From a virus, in IMG/VR virus record IMGVR_UViG_3300030451_004287, positions 32,001 through 96,000 of that record: DNA of 64,000 nucleotides; one strand, given 5' to 3'. Each line of letters begins with the position of its first letter. Position 1 is the first letter of the stretch. The notes under the pieces are model-generated. The model was not told where the DNA came from, made no database searches, and saw only the letters and a program-made list of their open reading frames with translations. The position numbers were made by a program, and so were the translations under genes. Of this stretch, positions 7,446 to 16,945 are shown one piece after another.

Positions 7446-8432
7446 ATGTTTAATAAACTGAAAAGAAAAGCGTTCACATTAATAGAATTATTAGTTGTTA
7501 TAGCTATTATAGGAACTTTAGTAGGTTTATTATTACCTGCTGTTCAACAAGCTAGAGAGGCAGCAAGACGAGCAAGTTGTTCTAATAATTTAAAGCAGCA
7601 AGGTTTAGCTATGCACATGAGTTTAGATCAGAGAAGGTATTTCCCTGCCGCTGCGTGGACTATTGAAGCTAAAGATTTATCTGAAACTCCTAGTTCTCTG
7701 GGAAATCCTGCACGAACAGAACATAGCTGGAGAGCATTTGTTCTTGCTAATTTAGAACAAGGTAATGTAGCAGACCTTTATGACTTTGATAAAAATTGGT
7801 GGGAGAATACTGCTGCTATTGGTACAGAAGCGGGTGTATTTAAATGCCCAACTGCACTTCCTCCCGCTGGTGGTTATGCTAATATTGACGGGCCTAGTAG
7901 GGATAGCGATAGTGCCGCACCAAGTTTGAATCCTAATTCTCTTGGTTATACTGACTATGAAGTATTTACCGGAGTAAAAGATAAAATTTTTCCTGCTGGT
8001 AGTGATCCTTATGCTAGTAAAACTAATGATGATGGTTGCTTAATTAAAGATAAAGTAACTAAAGAACAAGAAATTGTAGATGGTTTTTCTAATACTCTTA
8101 TGATTGTAGAATGTGCAAGTAGACCTGATACTTATAAAGCTAGTAATGGTAAATCACCTACAGGTGATACTAACCAGTGTATTGGCTGGGCAGATTCATT
8201 AGGGCCATTTAAATTACATGGTGTTGATGCTAATGGAGATAAATGTAAGAACTGTCCCGGTAATGTTCCTTTTAATGTTATCAATGATGGTGAGGCATAT
8301 AGTATGCACCCCGGAGTAATGAATTGCGTATATGCAGATGGTTCTACTAGAACTATTAATGATAATGTAGATTTAAGAGCATTTGCTGCTGCGATTACTC
8401 GTAATGGTAGAGAGACATTAAGCATTGATTAA
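7446..8432 (+). CDS. DUF1559 prepilin-type N-methylation domain protein (Planctomycete-type)
   Basis: AFTLIELLVVIAIIGTLVGLLLPAVQQAREAARRASCSNNLKQ; DGFSNT; C-terminal H-X9-DG (HPGVMNCVYADG). Confidence 0.95.
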   Translation: MFNKLKRKAFTLIELLVVIAIIGTLVGLLLPAVQQAREAARRASCSNNLKQQGLAMHMSLDQRRYFPAAAWTIEAKDLSETPSSLGNPARTEHSWRAFVLANLEQGNVADLYDFDKNWWENTAAIGTEAGVFKCPTALPPAGGYANIDGPSRDSDSAAPSLNPNSLGYTDYEVFTGVKDKIFPAGSDPYASKTNDDGCLIKDKVTKEQEIVDGFSNTLMIVECASRPDTYKASNGKSPTGDTNQCIGWADSLGPFKLHGVDANGDKCKNCPGNVPFNVINDGEAYSMHPGVMNCVYADGSTRTINDNVDLRAFAAAITRNGRETLSID

Positions 8433-8625
8433 ATATAAAAGTTCTTGGATTATTATTGGATTATTATTTTTATTCTTCTGGATGCTTCTCTCTGTTCCTC
8501 CGAGGGAAGTATCTGATGAAGAAAAAGTAAAACAATGGAAACCTAGAGATTTTTATTTGATCTATAAAATGTGGACTGATGAAGAATACAGGAATGTAAA
8601 TGACCAACCATCCACTAAAGATTAG
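8425..8625 (+). CDS. Small membrane protein
   Basis: N-terminal TM; overlaps both neighbours. Confidence 0.6.
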   Translation: MIKYKSSWIIIGLLFLFFWMLLSVPPREVSDEEKVKQWKPRDFYLIYKMWTDEEYRNVNDQPSTKD

Positions 8626-9271
8626 AGCGATACATAAATCTGGTAGTAGTTTACAGAGTACAATATACGATTATATTAACCATTTATGTAATCATAATGT
8701 TATAGATTTTGACAGAGTGTTTTCCGAAGCAAACCACCAAGAATGGTTTCAGTCTACTAAAGATTCTGATATTATCGTATTGAGACATCCTATAAATAGA
8801 ATAATTTCTAAATATTATTCTCTTGGATGGACACACTGTACTGATAATTTTAACGATGAATCATGGAAACATAGAAAAGAAATTAGAGAATCAAGTTTGT
8901 CAGAATATGTTATTAGTGGTAAATTACTACTGAGACAAAGAAATATGTATGAAAAAATATTAAGCATAAGTAATGTTTGTTTTCTGAAATACGAAGACAT
9001 AATGGATAAACCTAAAAGATATATGTCTTTAATTCTTAATAAAATTGATAGGATAGATTTATTAGATAAAGTGTATAATAATTTTAAGAATGAATTTGTT
9101 TTTCATGGTAAAGATCGAAGTGACGATATTGTTAATAACGGCTTAATCAGTCATGTAAGAAACCTAGATCATAAAGAATATTTAAATAAATTTAATGAGT
9201 GCGAGATATTTTTTATAAATAGGATAATGGGTGATTTACTAGAGAGATACGATAATTTGTCAAGCATATAG
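8600..9271 (+). CDS. Sulfotransferase-domain protein
   Basis: HKSGSS (5'-PSB), LRHPINRIISKY (3'-PB), LKYED. Confidence 0.75.
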   Translation: MTNHPLKIRAIHKSGSSLQSTIYDYINHLCNHNVIDFDRVFSEANHQEWFQSTKDSDIIVLRHPINRIISKYYSLGWTHCTDNFNDESWKHRKEIRESSLSEYVISGKLLLRQRNMYEKILSISNVCFLKYEDIMDKPKRYMSLILNKIDRIDLLDKVYNNFKNEFVFHGKDRSDDIVNNGLISHVRNLDHKEYLNKFNECEIFFINRIMGDLLERYDNLSSI

Positions 9272-9279
9272 GAATCTAA

Positions 9280-9786
9280 ATGATAAATGATGATTATTGG
9301 ATAGACACTGAATGGTGCGATGATTCTGGTACGCATTGTGATTTTTTGCCTATTAAGGATCATCCACATTTAGGATTTAAGAATTTTAAATATAAACACA
9401 TAGCAGAACAATATTACGGTATACAGTTAAAATTATCTAAGTTTAATTTAGCCCCACAACTTGAAACAGAACTATGTAAAGTTCCTTACTATTACGATAG
9501 AGAATTAATAAAATATTGGACTCCATCAGAGACTACTACTAACTGGGGATTTATTACACATAAAGCATTACTATTGGATAATGGTGAAGAACCTATTTAT
9601 AAACTGCAACAACTCGTAAATGCAATATATGATAAAACTGGTATGAGATTTTGGGATTGCCATTGGAGTAATGTTGGTTATATTAATAAAGACGAATTAG
9701 TATGTATTGATACTGGTAAAGAAAGTTTTAGTGAAGTGCATAATAGTTGGGGATATGAAAATCCGGGGCCAATAGGATTTGTATAA
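9280..9786 (+). CDS. Minimal protein-kinase-like fold protein
   Basis: GFK (VAxK-like), DCHWSNVG catalytic loop, CIDTG (DFG-like). Confidence 0.65.
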   Translation: MINDDYWIDTEWCDDSGTHCDFLPIKDHPHLGFKNFKYKHIAEQYYGIQLKLSKFNLAPQLETELCKVPYYYDRELIKYWTPSETTTNWGFITHKALLLDNGEEPIYKLQQLVNAIYDKTGMRFWDCHWSNVGYINKDELVCIDTGKESFSEVHNSWGYENPGPIGFV

Positions 9787-10025
9787 TGACTGATGAGCAA
9801 AAAGAAACACTAGATAATCTGGTTAAAAATATTGTTACTGAATTATCTCATGATAATATCTTAACAGATAATGATCTCCTATTAATATCTGAAGAAATAC
9901 ACTATGTTTTTAGTAGGAGTTTAGGCTTGCTAATTAATGTAACTAATTATAACAAACTAGCAATTATTAGTGGTGTATTAGAAAGTATTAAACAAGAGTT
10001 ACATTACAGGTTACAGCATGGATAA
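9786..10025 (+). CDS. Hypothetical protein
   Basis: ORF track; TAATG coupling. Confidence 0.6.
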   Translation: MTDEQKETLDNLVKNIVTELSHDNILTDNDLLLISEEIHYVFSRSLGLLINVTNYNKLAIISGVLESIKQELHYRLQHG

Positions 10026-10302
10026 AGAACTAGATAAACTCCATAAAGAAATGGTTGATCTGAAAAAAGACCTATCTAAAGTTTATACTAGAATCTCTAA
10101 ACAGGTTACAGAACTTGGCAGAAATCTAAAAAAGAACCAAATTAAAATTGATGAAGTTTTAGATAGGGTAAGATCATTCGATATAGTTTTAACAGAATAT
10201 GTGGATGGCGATGTAGAGGAAGAAGAAGATAGCGAGGATTGGAACCCCTACGAAATAGACCCAGAAGATTACCACGATCCATACGATGAACAAGATTCTT
10301 AA
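10018..10302 (+). CDS. Hypothetical coiled-coil protein with acidic tail
   Basis: ORF track; composition. Confidence 0.65.
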   Translation: MDKELDKLHKEMVDLKKDLSKVYTRISKQVTELGRNLKKNQIKIDEVLDRVRSFDIVLTEYVDGDVEEEEDSEDWNPYEIDPEDYHDPYDEQDS

Positions 10303-10318
10303 AAAATAAATTTAAGAC

Positions 10319-10346
10319 TTGACAACTGTTTGGACGATGGTATACT
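10319..10346 (+). promoter_or_regulatory. Sigma70-type promoter TTGACA-16-TATACT
   Basis: ttgacaactgtttggacgatggtatact with an A-rich upstream element, before rIIA. Confidence 0.8.
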
Positions 10347-10379
10347 TAGAGAAAACACATACGAACTTTGGAGATTAAC

Positions 10380-13019
10380 ATGAAACTTGCAGATCAAACA
10401 GTAGAAATTCACTCAAAAGGAATTGAAAGCACTAATCAGTTCAGCATCGCTCAAACGAGTAAGATGTTCAAGATTTTGTCAGATTCACTTTACTCTGATA
10501 AAGTAATGGCGATTATTCGTGAACTATCAACTAACGCTAATGATGCTCATATTGCGGCAGGGAATCGGAATCCCTTTAAGGTTATTTTGCCTACGCAAGC
10601 CAACCCTAACTTTACGGTAAGAGATTATGGTACTGGACTTTCTCAGGAAGATATGGAAGAACTGTATACCACTTATGGTGCAAGCAATAAGAATACCAGC
10701 AACGATTTTACTGGTTGTCTTGGTCTTGGGTCTAAGAGTCCATTTGCTTATACTAAGAGTTTTACTACAACCTCTTATCACAATGGCAAATCTTACACTT
10801 ATATTGCTGCTATGGATGAACTTGGAGTCCCTAGTCTTAATCTAGTTAGTGTATCAGATACAGATGAACCTAATGGTCTGGAAATTTCGTTTGCTGTTGG
10901 CAAATATGATTACGGCGAATTTGCTCGTAAGTCTAAAAGAATATTTCATTATTTTGCTAACAAACCTATGATTGAAGGTGGTGACGATGATGACCTTCAG
11001 AATCACAGATATTCTTATACTAACTATATTATTGATGGTAAAAGTTGGAGAGTAGGCAAAGTGTCTAGTAATAGTTCACAGTATCCTAGTGAATCAAACA
11101 GTCCTCCTGCTGGAGTTATGGCAATTATGGGTAATGTTGCCTATCCTGTAGATGCAGAAAAGATTATTGGACAAAAAGAGAATACATCTAATAGTAGTAT
11201 TCAAGCATGGAACAGAGCATTTAAAAAAGCAGACATTGATAACTGGAAGAACTTAGTAAGAGAGATTCTTAATAATAATCTATATCTAGAAATTGATTGT
11301 GAGATCGGTGAACTAGAAATGGATGTTAGTAGAGAGGGTCTACAGTATACTAAGCAAGTTATTAAAACTCTTAGAGAAAAGACACAACAGATATATCTTG
11401 AACTAAAGAAAGATATGTCTAAGAAACTTAAAGAGTGTACTAATCTTGTAGACGCTTATACAACGTATTATGCTCTTGCTGATATTGCTGGTGGATATTC
11501 CGCTGGTGCAACATGGACAGACACAGAAGGTAAAACATACGAACTGTCTGTTGGTGAGGATTTAATATACAAACTTAAATCAAATAAGAACCTTGTGGTT
11601 GTTAATTTTAAAAGTCCTACATATCGAAGTAAAAGGCTAGTCTGTACCACTGATAGAATCCATTGTGAAACACTATCAGGCAAAGGTGTAAGATACTGGG
11701 AGAAACGAAAGACAGGCAAGGTAGCATTTTTCTACTGCGATACAAGAAGTCCTGAGTCTGCTAGAAAGATAGTAACAAGATATTGTAATCTAAATGATTG
11801 TTATGCTTATCTTTTGATAGATACTTTAAATCCAGCAGAGGACTCTAAGGATGGTTTTGATAAACTAATTAAAGATATTGGTGGTAGTCAGAACCTTTTG
11901 AAAGTCTCAGATTTTAAAGACTTGATGAAATCAAACAGAACTAGTGGTGGATCAACAGGTACTATTAGTAAAGATGAAGTATTTATCCTATCAGAATCTA
12001 AAGATGCTGACGATAGTTGTGAAACTTTATCTGGTAAGAGTCTTAATGACTCTCATTATTTAAGAGAACTGTCCGATGATCTGCAAAATAAATTTGAAAA
12101 CTCTACCAAGCATATTGTTTATGTTCCAGTAGTCAGGTATCAAACTCCAAACGATTATCCTGCTATAAATAAAATCAATAACTTGATGCGAAACTATAAA
12201 GAAGTTTTCTCTAAGGTTAATGTCTTTGCTATCAAAAACAGTAGTGTTCAAAAGCTAAAAGATCAAGGAATTAAACTTGTAGACTTTAATGAGTTTTATA
12301 AAAAGAAACTATCATCTGAAGCAAGTAAACTTCTAGCAAAGAGGTCATCTTACTTTGACGTTGTAGAATATTGTTTCGGTCAATACCATAGGAAAGACAC
12401 AGAGTATACTAGCGGCACAAGAAGGTGGTATAGTGGTTGCGATTACAGCGACAGACTGATTATGTCTCATATCATTAATATTTATGGTCTAAAGTACGGA
12501 GACTATTTAGACAAAGAACTATCTGATAGCGTAGACAAATGGATGCTAATGCACTTCTTTGTAGCTGTTACTCAAGGTACTTGGAAAACATATAGGTTTT
12601 CATTACAAGATTATTACGATCATATAGAGAATATTATGCACAACCTGAATTTAGATTTAGGAAAAGCTAAAGATATAAAAGAAGCATATCAAAGCATGAA
12701 AGACTTGCATAGTAAAATTACAAAATATTATGATAGTGATACTGCTACTGAACTATGTGTTCCAGAAAAGAATACTGATATTATCTCATCTCTTGATGAT
12801 ATTAATGATCTCAGAAAATCTCTCAGAGATGGGGTTGACAAGTCACCAGTTATGAAGTATATTATTGCTATAGCTGATCTGGACGTTTCTCCATTAGACT
12901 TTGATAACAGAGATATGGTTAAAATATTTCAGGGAGGCTACAACAGTGGTGTTCACGAATGGTTATCCGACATCGGTGGAGATGTAGGTTTGGAAAAGTT
13001 ACGAAACGCATTGACTTAA
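10380..13019 (+). CDS. rIIA: RIIA-like protein with N-terminal GHKL ATPase domain
   Basis: LYSDK..IIRELSTNANDAH, VRDYGTGLS, GLGSKSPFAYT and SREGLQY; adjacent to rIIB; start ATG 10380 after GGAG. Confidence 0.9.
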   Translation: MKLADQTVEIHSKGIESTNQFSIAQTSKMFKILSDSLYSDKVMAIIRELSTNANDAHIAAGNRNPFKVILPTQANPNFTVRDYGTGLSQEDMEELYTTYGASNKNTSNDFTGCLGLGSKSPFAYTKSFTTTSYHNGKSYTYIAAMDELGVPSLNLVSVSDTDEPNGLEISFAVGKYDYGEFARKSKRIFHYFANKPMIEGGDDDDLQNHRYSYTNYIIDGKSWRVGKVSSNSSQYPSESNSPPAGVMAIMGNVAYPVDAEKIIGQKENTSNSSIQAWNRAFKKADIDNWKNLVREILNNNLYLEIDCEIGELEMDVSREGLQYTKQVIKTLREKTQQIYLELKKDMSKKLKECTNLVDAYTTYYALADIAGGYSAGATWTDTEGKTYELSVGEDLIYKLKSNKNLVVVNFKSPTYRSKRLVCTTDRIHCETLSGKGVRYWEKRKTGKVAFFYCDTRSPESARKIVTRYCNLNDCYAYLLIDTLNPAEDSKDGFDKLIKDIGGSQNLLKVSDFKDLMKSNRTSGGSTGTISKDEVFILSESKDADDSCETLSGKSLNDSHYLRELSDDLQNKFENSTKHIVYVPVVRYQTPNDYPAINKINNLMRNYKEVFSKVNVFAIKNSSVQKLKDQGIKLVDFNEFYKKKLSSEASKLLAKRSSYFDVVEYCFGQYHRKDTEYTSGTRRWYSGCDYSDRLIMSHIINIYGLKYGDYLDKELSDSVDKWMLMHFFVAVTQGTWKTYRFSLQDYYDHIENIMHNLNLDLGKAKDIKEAYQSMKDLHSKITKYYDSDTATELCVPEKNTDIISSLDDINDLRKSLRDGVDKSPVMKYIIAIADLDVSPLDFDNRDMVKIFQGGYNSGVHEWLSDIGGDVGLEKLRNALT
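12835..12863 (+). promoter_or_regulatory. Possible internal promoter for rIIB (TTGACA-17-TATATT)
   Basis: Consensus hexamers inside the 3' end of rIIA. Confidence 0.4.
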
Positions 13020-13038
13020 TTTTACAGGAGTTTTTAAA

Positions 13039-13875
13039 ATGAGTGTTCCTTTTATGTGGGTAGATGGCAACTTAACTTTGATTCTTAATAATAAGGCTCA
13101 TCAAGTATTGCCAGATCATATTAACTACAAGATGATTCTAGAAGCGTTACCAACAGCAACAAATGATGAACTACTAGAATTAGTAGACATTGAAACAGCG
13201 GTTGCTAATTTTAGTCAGGGTCAAGTAGAAGTTAAAAATGGTAGGGTTCTTTTTGAGGGCGAAGAAGTCCACGGTAGTATTAGCAAAAGAATCCTAGAAT
13301 TTATGAGTAAGGGTTTGCCTTTTGAGCCTCTTGTAAAATTCTTGGAAAATCTTATGAACAATCCAAGTATGCAGAGTCAAACAGAACTGTATGATTTCTT
13401 GGAGCATGAGAACCTGCCAATAACTGAGGATGGATATTTCCTAGCTTATAAAGCAGTCAGTAAAGATTTTAAAGATAAATGGCGAGGAGCTTTTGATAAT
13501 CGTGTTGGTCAAGTCTGCGAAATGCGTCGAGCAAAAGTTGATGATAATAGAGGCAGAGGATGTTCTGCTGGACTTCATGCTGGTGCATTAAACTACGTTG
13601 CAAATTATGGTAGTGTAGATGCTGGAGATCATATTATGATTGTTAAGATTAATCCAGAAGATGTCGTCAGCGTTCCTAGTGATTGCAACTGCGAGAAACT
13701 TCGCACCTGCAAATATGAAGTCGTCGGAGAATATCAGGGCGAATTATTAAAGCCTCTTTATAAGTCAGAGTTTGAAGAAGACTCTTACGTTGATGAAGAA
13801 GCAGAACTTCATGATGAGTATGATGATGAATATTGGGATCGCTTTGAAGATGACGATTATCTAGATTATATTTAA
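13039..13875 (+). CDS. rIIB: RIIB-like protein
   Basis: FLENLMNNPS, ITEDGYFLAYKAV, CSAGLH, VKINPEDVVSVPSD, LRTCKYEV. Confidence 0.9.
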   Translation: MSVPFMWVDGNLTLILNNKAHQVLPDHINYKMILEALPTATNDELLELVDIETAVANFSQGQVEVKNGRVLFEGEEVHGSISKRILEFMSKGLPFEPLVKFLENLMNNPSMQSQTELYDFLEHENLPITEDGYFLAYKAVSKDFKDKWRGAFDNRVGQVCEMRRAKVDDNRGRGCSAGLHAGALNYVANYGSVDAGDHIMIVKINPEDVVSVPSDCNCEKLRTCKYEVVGEYQGELLKPLYKSEFEEDSYVDEEAELHDEYDDEYWDRFEDDDYLDYI

Positions 13876-13895
13876 AACAAAGTCGTGTGTGGAGA

Positions 13896-13949
13896 GAGTG
13901 ACTGCGGGCTATAATGAAGTAATGATTTATCCCGCAGTTGCTCACTTTT
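13896..13949 (+). terminator. Long GC-rich hairpin with U-tract after rIIB
   Basis: gagtgactgcggg (13896-13908) pairs with cccgcagttgctc (13931-13943) including two G-U pairs; followed by actttt. Confidence 0.6.
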
Positions 13950-13952
13950 AAT

Positions 13953-14201
13953 ATGAATTACAACGAGATTATAAAAATACTCAAAGAACTACTTTATGAT
14001 TTAAATGGAGAGAGCATATACGATATGTATGAATATAGTCAACATATTGGAGTAAACTCTTTTAAAGAAAATATTTTTACAAAAGGCGGCTATCCGATTC
14101 AAAATATGGATCAAGAATATCTAAACCACATCAGATCAAATGCGGCTCATACACTTACTGAACCAGCTTATTACAAAGACCTTTTTTTAATACAGAACTA
14201 A
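13953..14201 (+). CDS. Hypothetical protein
   Basis: ORF track; ATG 13953 preferred over TTG 13938, which lies in the hairpin. Confidence 0.6.
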   Translation: MNYNEIIKILKELLYDLNGESIYDMYEYSQHIGVNSFKENIFTKGGYPIQNMDQEYLNHIRSNAAHTLTEPAYYKDLFLIQN

Positions 14202-14203
14202 CT

Positions 14204-14647
14204 ATGTACGACTTTAATGATTCAGACCACTTATACGAAGTTACAGATATGTATAAGGTTGTGGACTTTATTAGAAAATTAGTGTATGACAGTTTTTCTT
14301 ATCCTATAGACTACACTGATATTGAAACAGAAGACGGTCTGTTGGATATAAAACTAACTGATGACGAGATGGACGAGTTGAATAAATTACTTAGTATAGA
14401 GGAGTGCATATCTCTTTTTAAGCCTAAGCTAAAAGTTGTAAAGATCAACAATAAAAATACTTACTTCATTAATAGTTACATATTTGAAGATGTGGTTCGT
14501 GATATAAACGGTAGAATGATTAGCAATACGATGAGGAGTTTGGTAGAGAAAGATTTAATTGAAGTTGCTTTTGATAATGATAAAAATGATTTTGTTTTTT
14601 GGTTAAAGAAAAAGGGTAAGAAAGATGGCGACATTTCGACCGACTAG
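14204..14647 (+). CDS. Hypothetical protein
   Basis: ORF track; operon packing. Confidence 0.7.
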   Translation: MYDFNDSDHLYEVTDMYKVVDFIRKLVYDSFSYPIDYTDIETEDGLLDIKLTDDEMDELNKLLSIEECISLFKPKLKVVKINNKNTYFINSYIFEDVVRDINGRMISNTMRSLVEKDLIEVAFDNDKNDFVFWLKKKGKKDGDISTD

Positions 14648-15518
14648 TTTTGAAGAAGTTATTGGACAGGATGACGTAGTTAAAAGACTCCGCATTTTCA
14701 CCTTCGGAAGTAAAACAAATGGCAATACGATGCCTCATGTTCTTCTGGATGGGCCTCCCGGTCTAGGTAAGACCACAATAGCATCAGCATTAGCAACTGA
14801 ATTAGAGACTGATCTAGTTACCCTCAATGCTGCTAGTGTAAGAAGCGTTAAACATCTTAGTACATATTTAATTAATATGACTCCTAGATGTGTCTTATTT
14901 ATAGATGAGATTCATAGACTACCTAAATTAGTAGAAGAATTTCTTTATCCGGTTATGGAAGATTTTAAAGCTAACATAATTTTGGGTACTGAACCAGAAG
15001 AAGTGGAACTTCCTAAATTTACTTTAGTAGGTGCTACAACTAGTGGTGGTACTTTAAGTCAACCTTTTTATGATCGCTTTACTATTAAAGAACATCTAAA
15101 GTTTTATACCACAGATGAGTTAGCTGAACTAGCCAGATTGAATTTGTCTAAGTGGGAATTGAAAGTATCAGATAATCATGTCAACGGTATTGCAGCAAGA
15201 AGTAAAGGTACTCCAAGAATTTTAAATTCTAGGCTAGAGTGGTACAAGAATTATATTACAATGTATCCTAATTCTGATTCTGTAGATGAAATTTTTAATA
15301 CTCAAGGAATTGATAACAAAGGATTAGATGAAAACGATAGAAAATATATTAAGGTCTTAAAAAAGAATTTAGGAAATCCTATAGGAATTAAAAGTTTGTC
15401 AAGTGTCACTGGCATCTCTATAGATACTATAGAGAATAGCATAGAACCTTTCTTAACAAGAATGGGCTACATCGTGAGAACACAAAAGGGCAGAGTCATA
15501 GGAAAATACAATGACTGA
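14625..15518 (+). CDS. ruvB: Holliday junction branch-migration helicase RuvB
   Basis: RPTSFEEVIGQ, GPPGLGKTT, LFIDEIHRL, FTLVGATT, SKGTPRI, IEPFL, RTQKGR. Confidence 0.95.
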   Translation: MATFRPTSFEEVIGQDDVVKRLRIFTFGSKTNGNTMPHVLLDGPPGLGKTTIASALATELETDLVTLNAASVRSVKHLSTYLINMTPRCVLFIDEIHRLPKLVEEFLYPVMEDFKANIILGTEPEEVELPKFTLVGATTSGGTLSQPFYDRFTIKEHLKFYTTDELAELARLNLSKWELKVSDNHVNGIAARSKGTPRILNSRLEWYKNYITMYPNSDSVDEIFNTQGIDNKGLDENDRKYIKVLKKNLGNPIGIKSLSSVTGISIDTIENSIEPFLTRMGYIVRTQKGRVIGKYND

Positions 15519-15612
15519 TATAGTTACTATTTTAATTTGTTGGCCTATCGTTTTGGTTATAGAATTAAGTATAGTCTACGCATTTATAAGATTGGCTAGT
15601 AGCAAGAAATAA
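15511..15612 (+). CDS. 33-aa single-TM micro-protein
   Basis: Read manually: MTDIVTILICWPIVLVIELSIVYAFIRLASSKK; fills the gap. Confidence 0.45.
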   Translation: MTDIVTILICWPIVLVIELSIVYAFIRLASSKK

Positions 15613-15613
15613 A

Positions 15614-15877
15614 ATGGAATATAAACAAATGAGCAAGAAAGACAAGCTACCTTTAAAGTATGCTTGCGTACAGCCAGAAGTTAAAAAGTATATGGCAACA
15701 TTTGAGAAAGAAGTTCCAAAAGTTTTATGGAGTCATATAGAAGATTTATATATATTAATAGATCATCAAATGAAACAACAGCTACATCAAGAAGCACAAA
15801 TGATTGCTGTTAAACATCAAGAAGCATGGAAAATGTACGACAAAAAGGATGAGAAAGAATCAGATGAATTGGACTAA
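15614..15877 (+). CDS. Hypothetical protein
   Basis: ORF track. Confidence 0.6.
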   Translation: MEYKQMSKKDKLPLKYACVQPEVKKYMATFEKEVPKVLWSHIEDLYILIDHQMKQQLHQEAQMIAVKHQEAWKMYDKKDEKESDELD

Positions 15878-16127
15878 TATAAAACGATGGGCTAAAGACA
15901 AAGGTTACAAGGTTGACAGAGAGAAGTCTGGTGATGAATCTAATCCATACAATTATGAATGGCATCTTATAGATGATGTTGACAGAAAAGGAACTATTAA
16001 TAGTCTAAGTAAATTAGCTATGGATATTTACAATGACATTACAGATAATAAACATATTGAACATCAAGAAAGATACAGACAACAACAACTTCAAAAGGAA
16101 ATAGACTATGACTTCGGATCATGGTGA
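15864..16127 (+). CDS. Hypothetical protein
   Basis: ORF track; start MNWTNIKRWAK at 15864 is more plausible. Confidence 0.65.
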   Translation: MNWTNIKRWAKDKGYKVDREKSGDESNPYNYEWHLIDDVDRKGTINSLSKLAMDIYNDITDNKHIEHQERYRQQQLQKEIDYDFGSW

Positions 16128-16281
16128 CGAACCTATAAAAAAACAATCAATAACAATGAGTACAATTTTAGGTAAAGCCTTAGAAGCAGTAGTGGGTTAT
16201 ATTGCTTTATGGTTTTTTAGACCCGTATGGGAAAGATTAGTAAGGTGGTTTTATAAAAAAGATGAATCAGACAACAGTTAA
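16108..16281 (+). CDS. 57-aa membrane protein
   Basis: Read manually: MTSDHGDEP...EAVVGYIALWFFRPVWERL; RBS AAGGA. Confidence 0.55.
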   Translation: MTSDHGDEPIKKQSITMSTILGKALEAVVGYIALWFFRPVWERLVRWFYKKDESDNS

Positions 16282-16909
16282 ATTTATTACGGCTACTCCA
16301 GATGCTGAAAAACTAATAGCTTATTGTGCTAGAGTTAGCAATCCTAGCAATCAATCTAATGAAGAATATTCTAAACTTTTAAAGTATTGTATAGATCATG
16401 GTCACTGGTCTATTTTTGAAATGGCTAATATGGTATTAGAAATAAATACCAGCAGAGGCATCGCTGCACAGATATTAAGGCATCGTAGTTTTAACTTCCA
16501 AGAATTTTCTCAAAGATATGCTGATGCTACTCATCTTGGAGATACAATAAATGTACCAGACCTTAGAAAACAAGACCCAAAGAATAGACAGAATAGTACA
16601 GATGATCTTAATGAATACAAAGAAACTATTTATAAGGCTCAGATAAGAGAATTATTTGCAAAGTCAAAATACTTATATGATCTCATGGTGAGAGATGGAG
16701 TTGCTAAAGAGTGCGCAAGATTTGTGCTACCTTTAGCTACACCAACAAGAATGTATATGAATGGAACGATCAGATCATGGATTCATTACATTGATTTAAG
16801 AAGCGGTCATGGAACGCAAAAAGAACACGCAAGTATAGCAAATATGTGTAAAAGTATATTTTGCGAAAGGTTTCCTATAATTAGTCAAGCATTATCTTGG
16901 AAATCTTAA
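16262..16909 (+). CDS. thyX: Flavin-dependent thymidylate synthase
   Basis: GHWSIFE, RHRSFNFQEFSQRY ThyX motif, ECARFVLP, TQKEH. Confidence 0.97.
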   Translation: MNQTTVKFITATPDAEKLIAYCARVSNPSNQSNEEYSKLLKYCIDHGHWSIFEMANMVLEINTSRGIAAQILRHRSFNFQEFSQRYADATHLGDTINVPDLRKQDPKNRQNSTDDLNEYKETIYKAQIRELFAKSKYLYDLMVRDGVAKECARFVLPLATPTRMYMNGTIRSWIHYIDLRSGHGTQKEHASIANMCKSIFCERFPIISQALSWKS

Positions 16910-16915
16910 ATAAAA

Positions 16916-16932
16916 GTGTATTATACTCTATA
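16916..16932 (+). promoter_or_regulatory. GTGTAT-type putative phage promoter
   Basis: aaagtgtattatactctata, 30 nt upstream of ATG 16946. Confidence 0.55.
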
Positions 16933-16945
16933 AGGAGAGTATAGC

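Noticed and set aside
15784-15826. Direct repeat acatcaagaagca x2
   Set aside because: A short in-frame coding duplication (HQEA) with no further structure.
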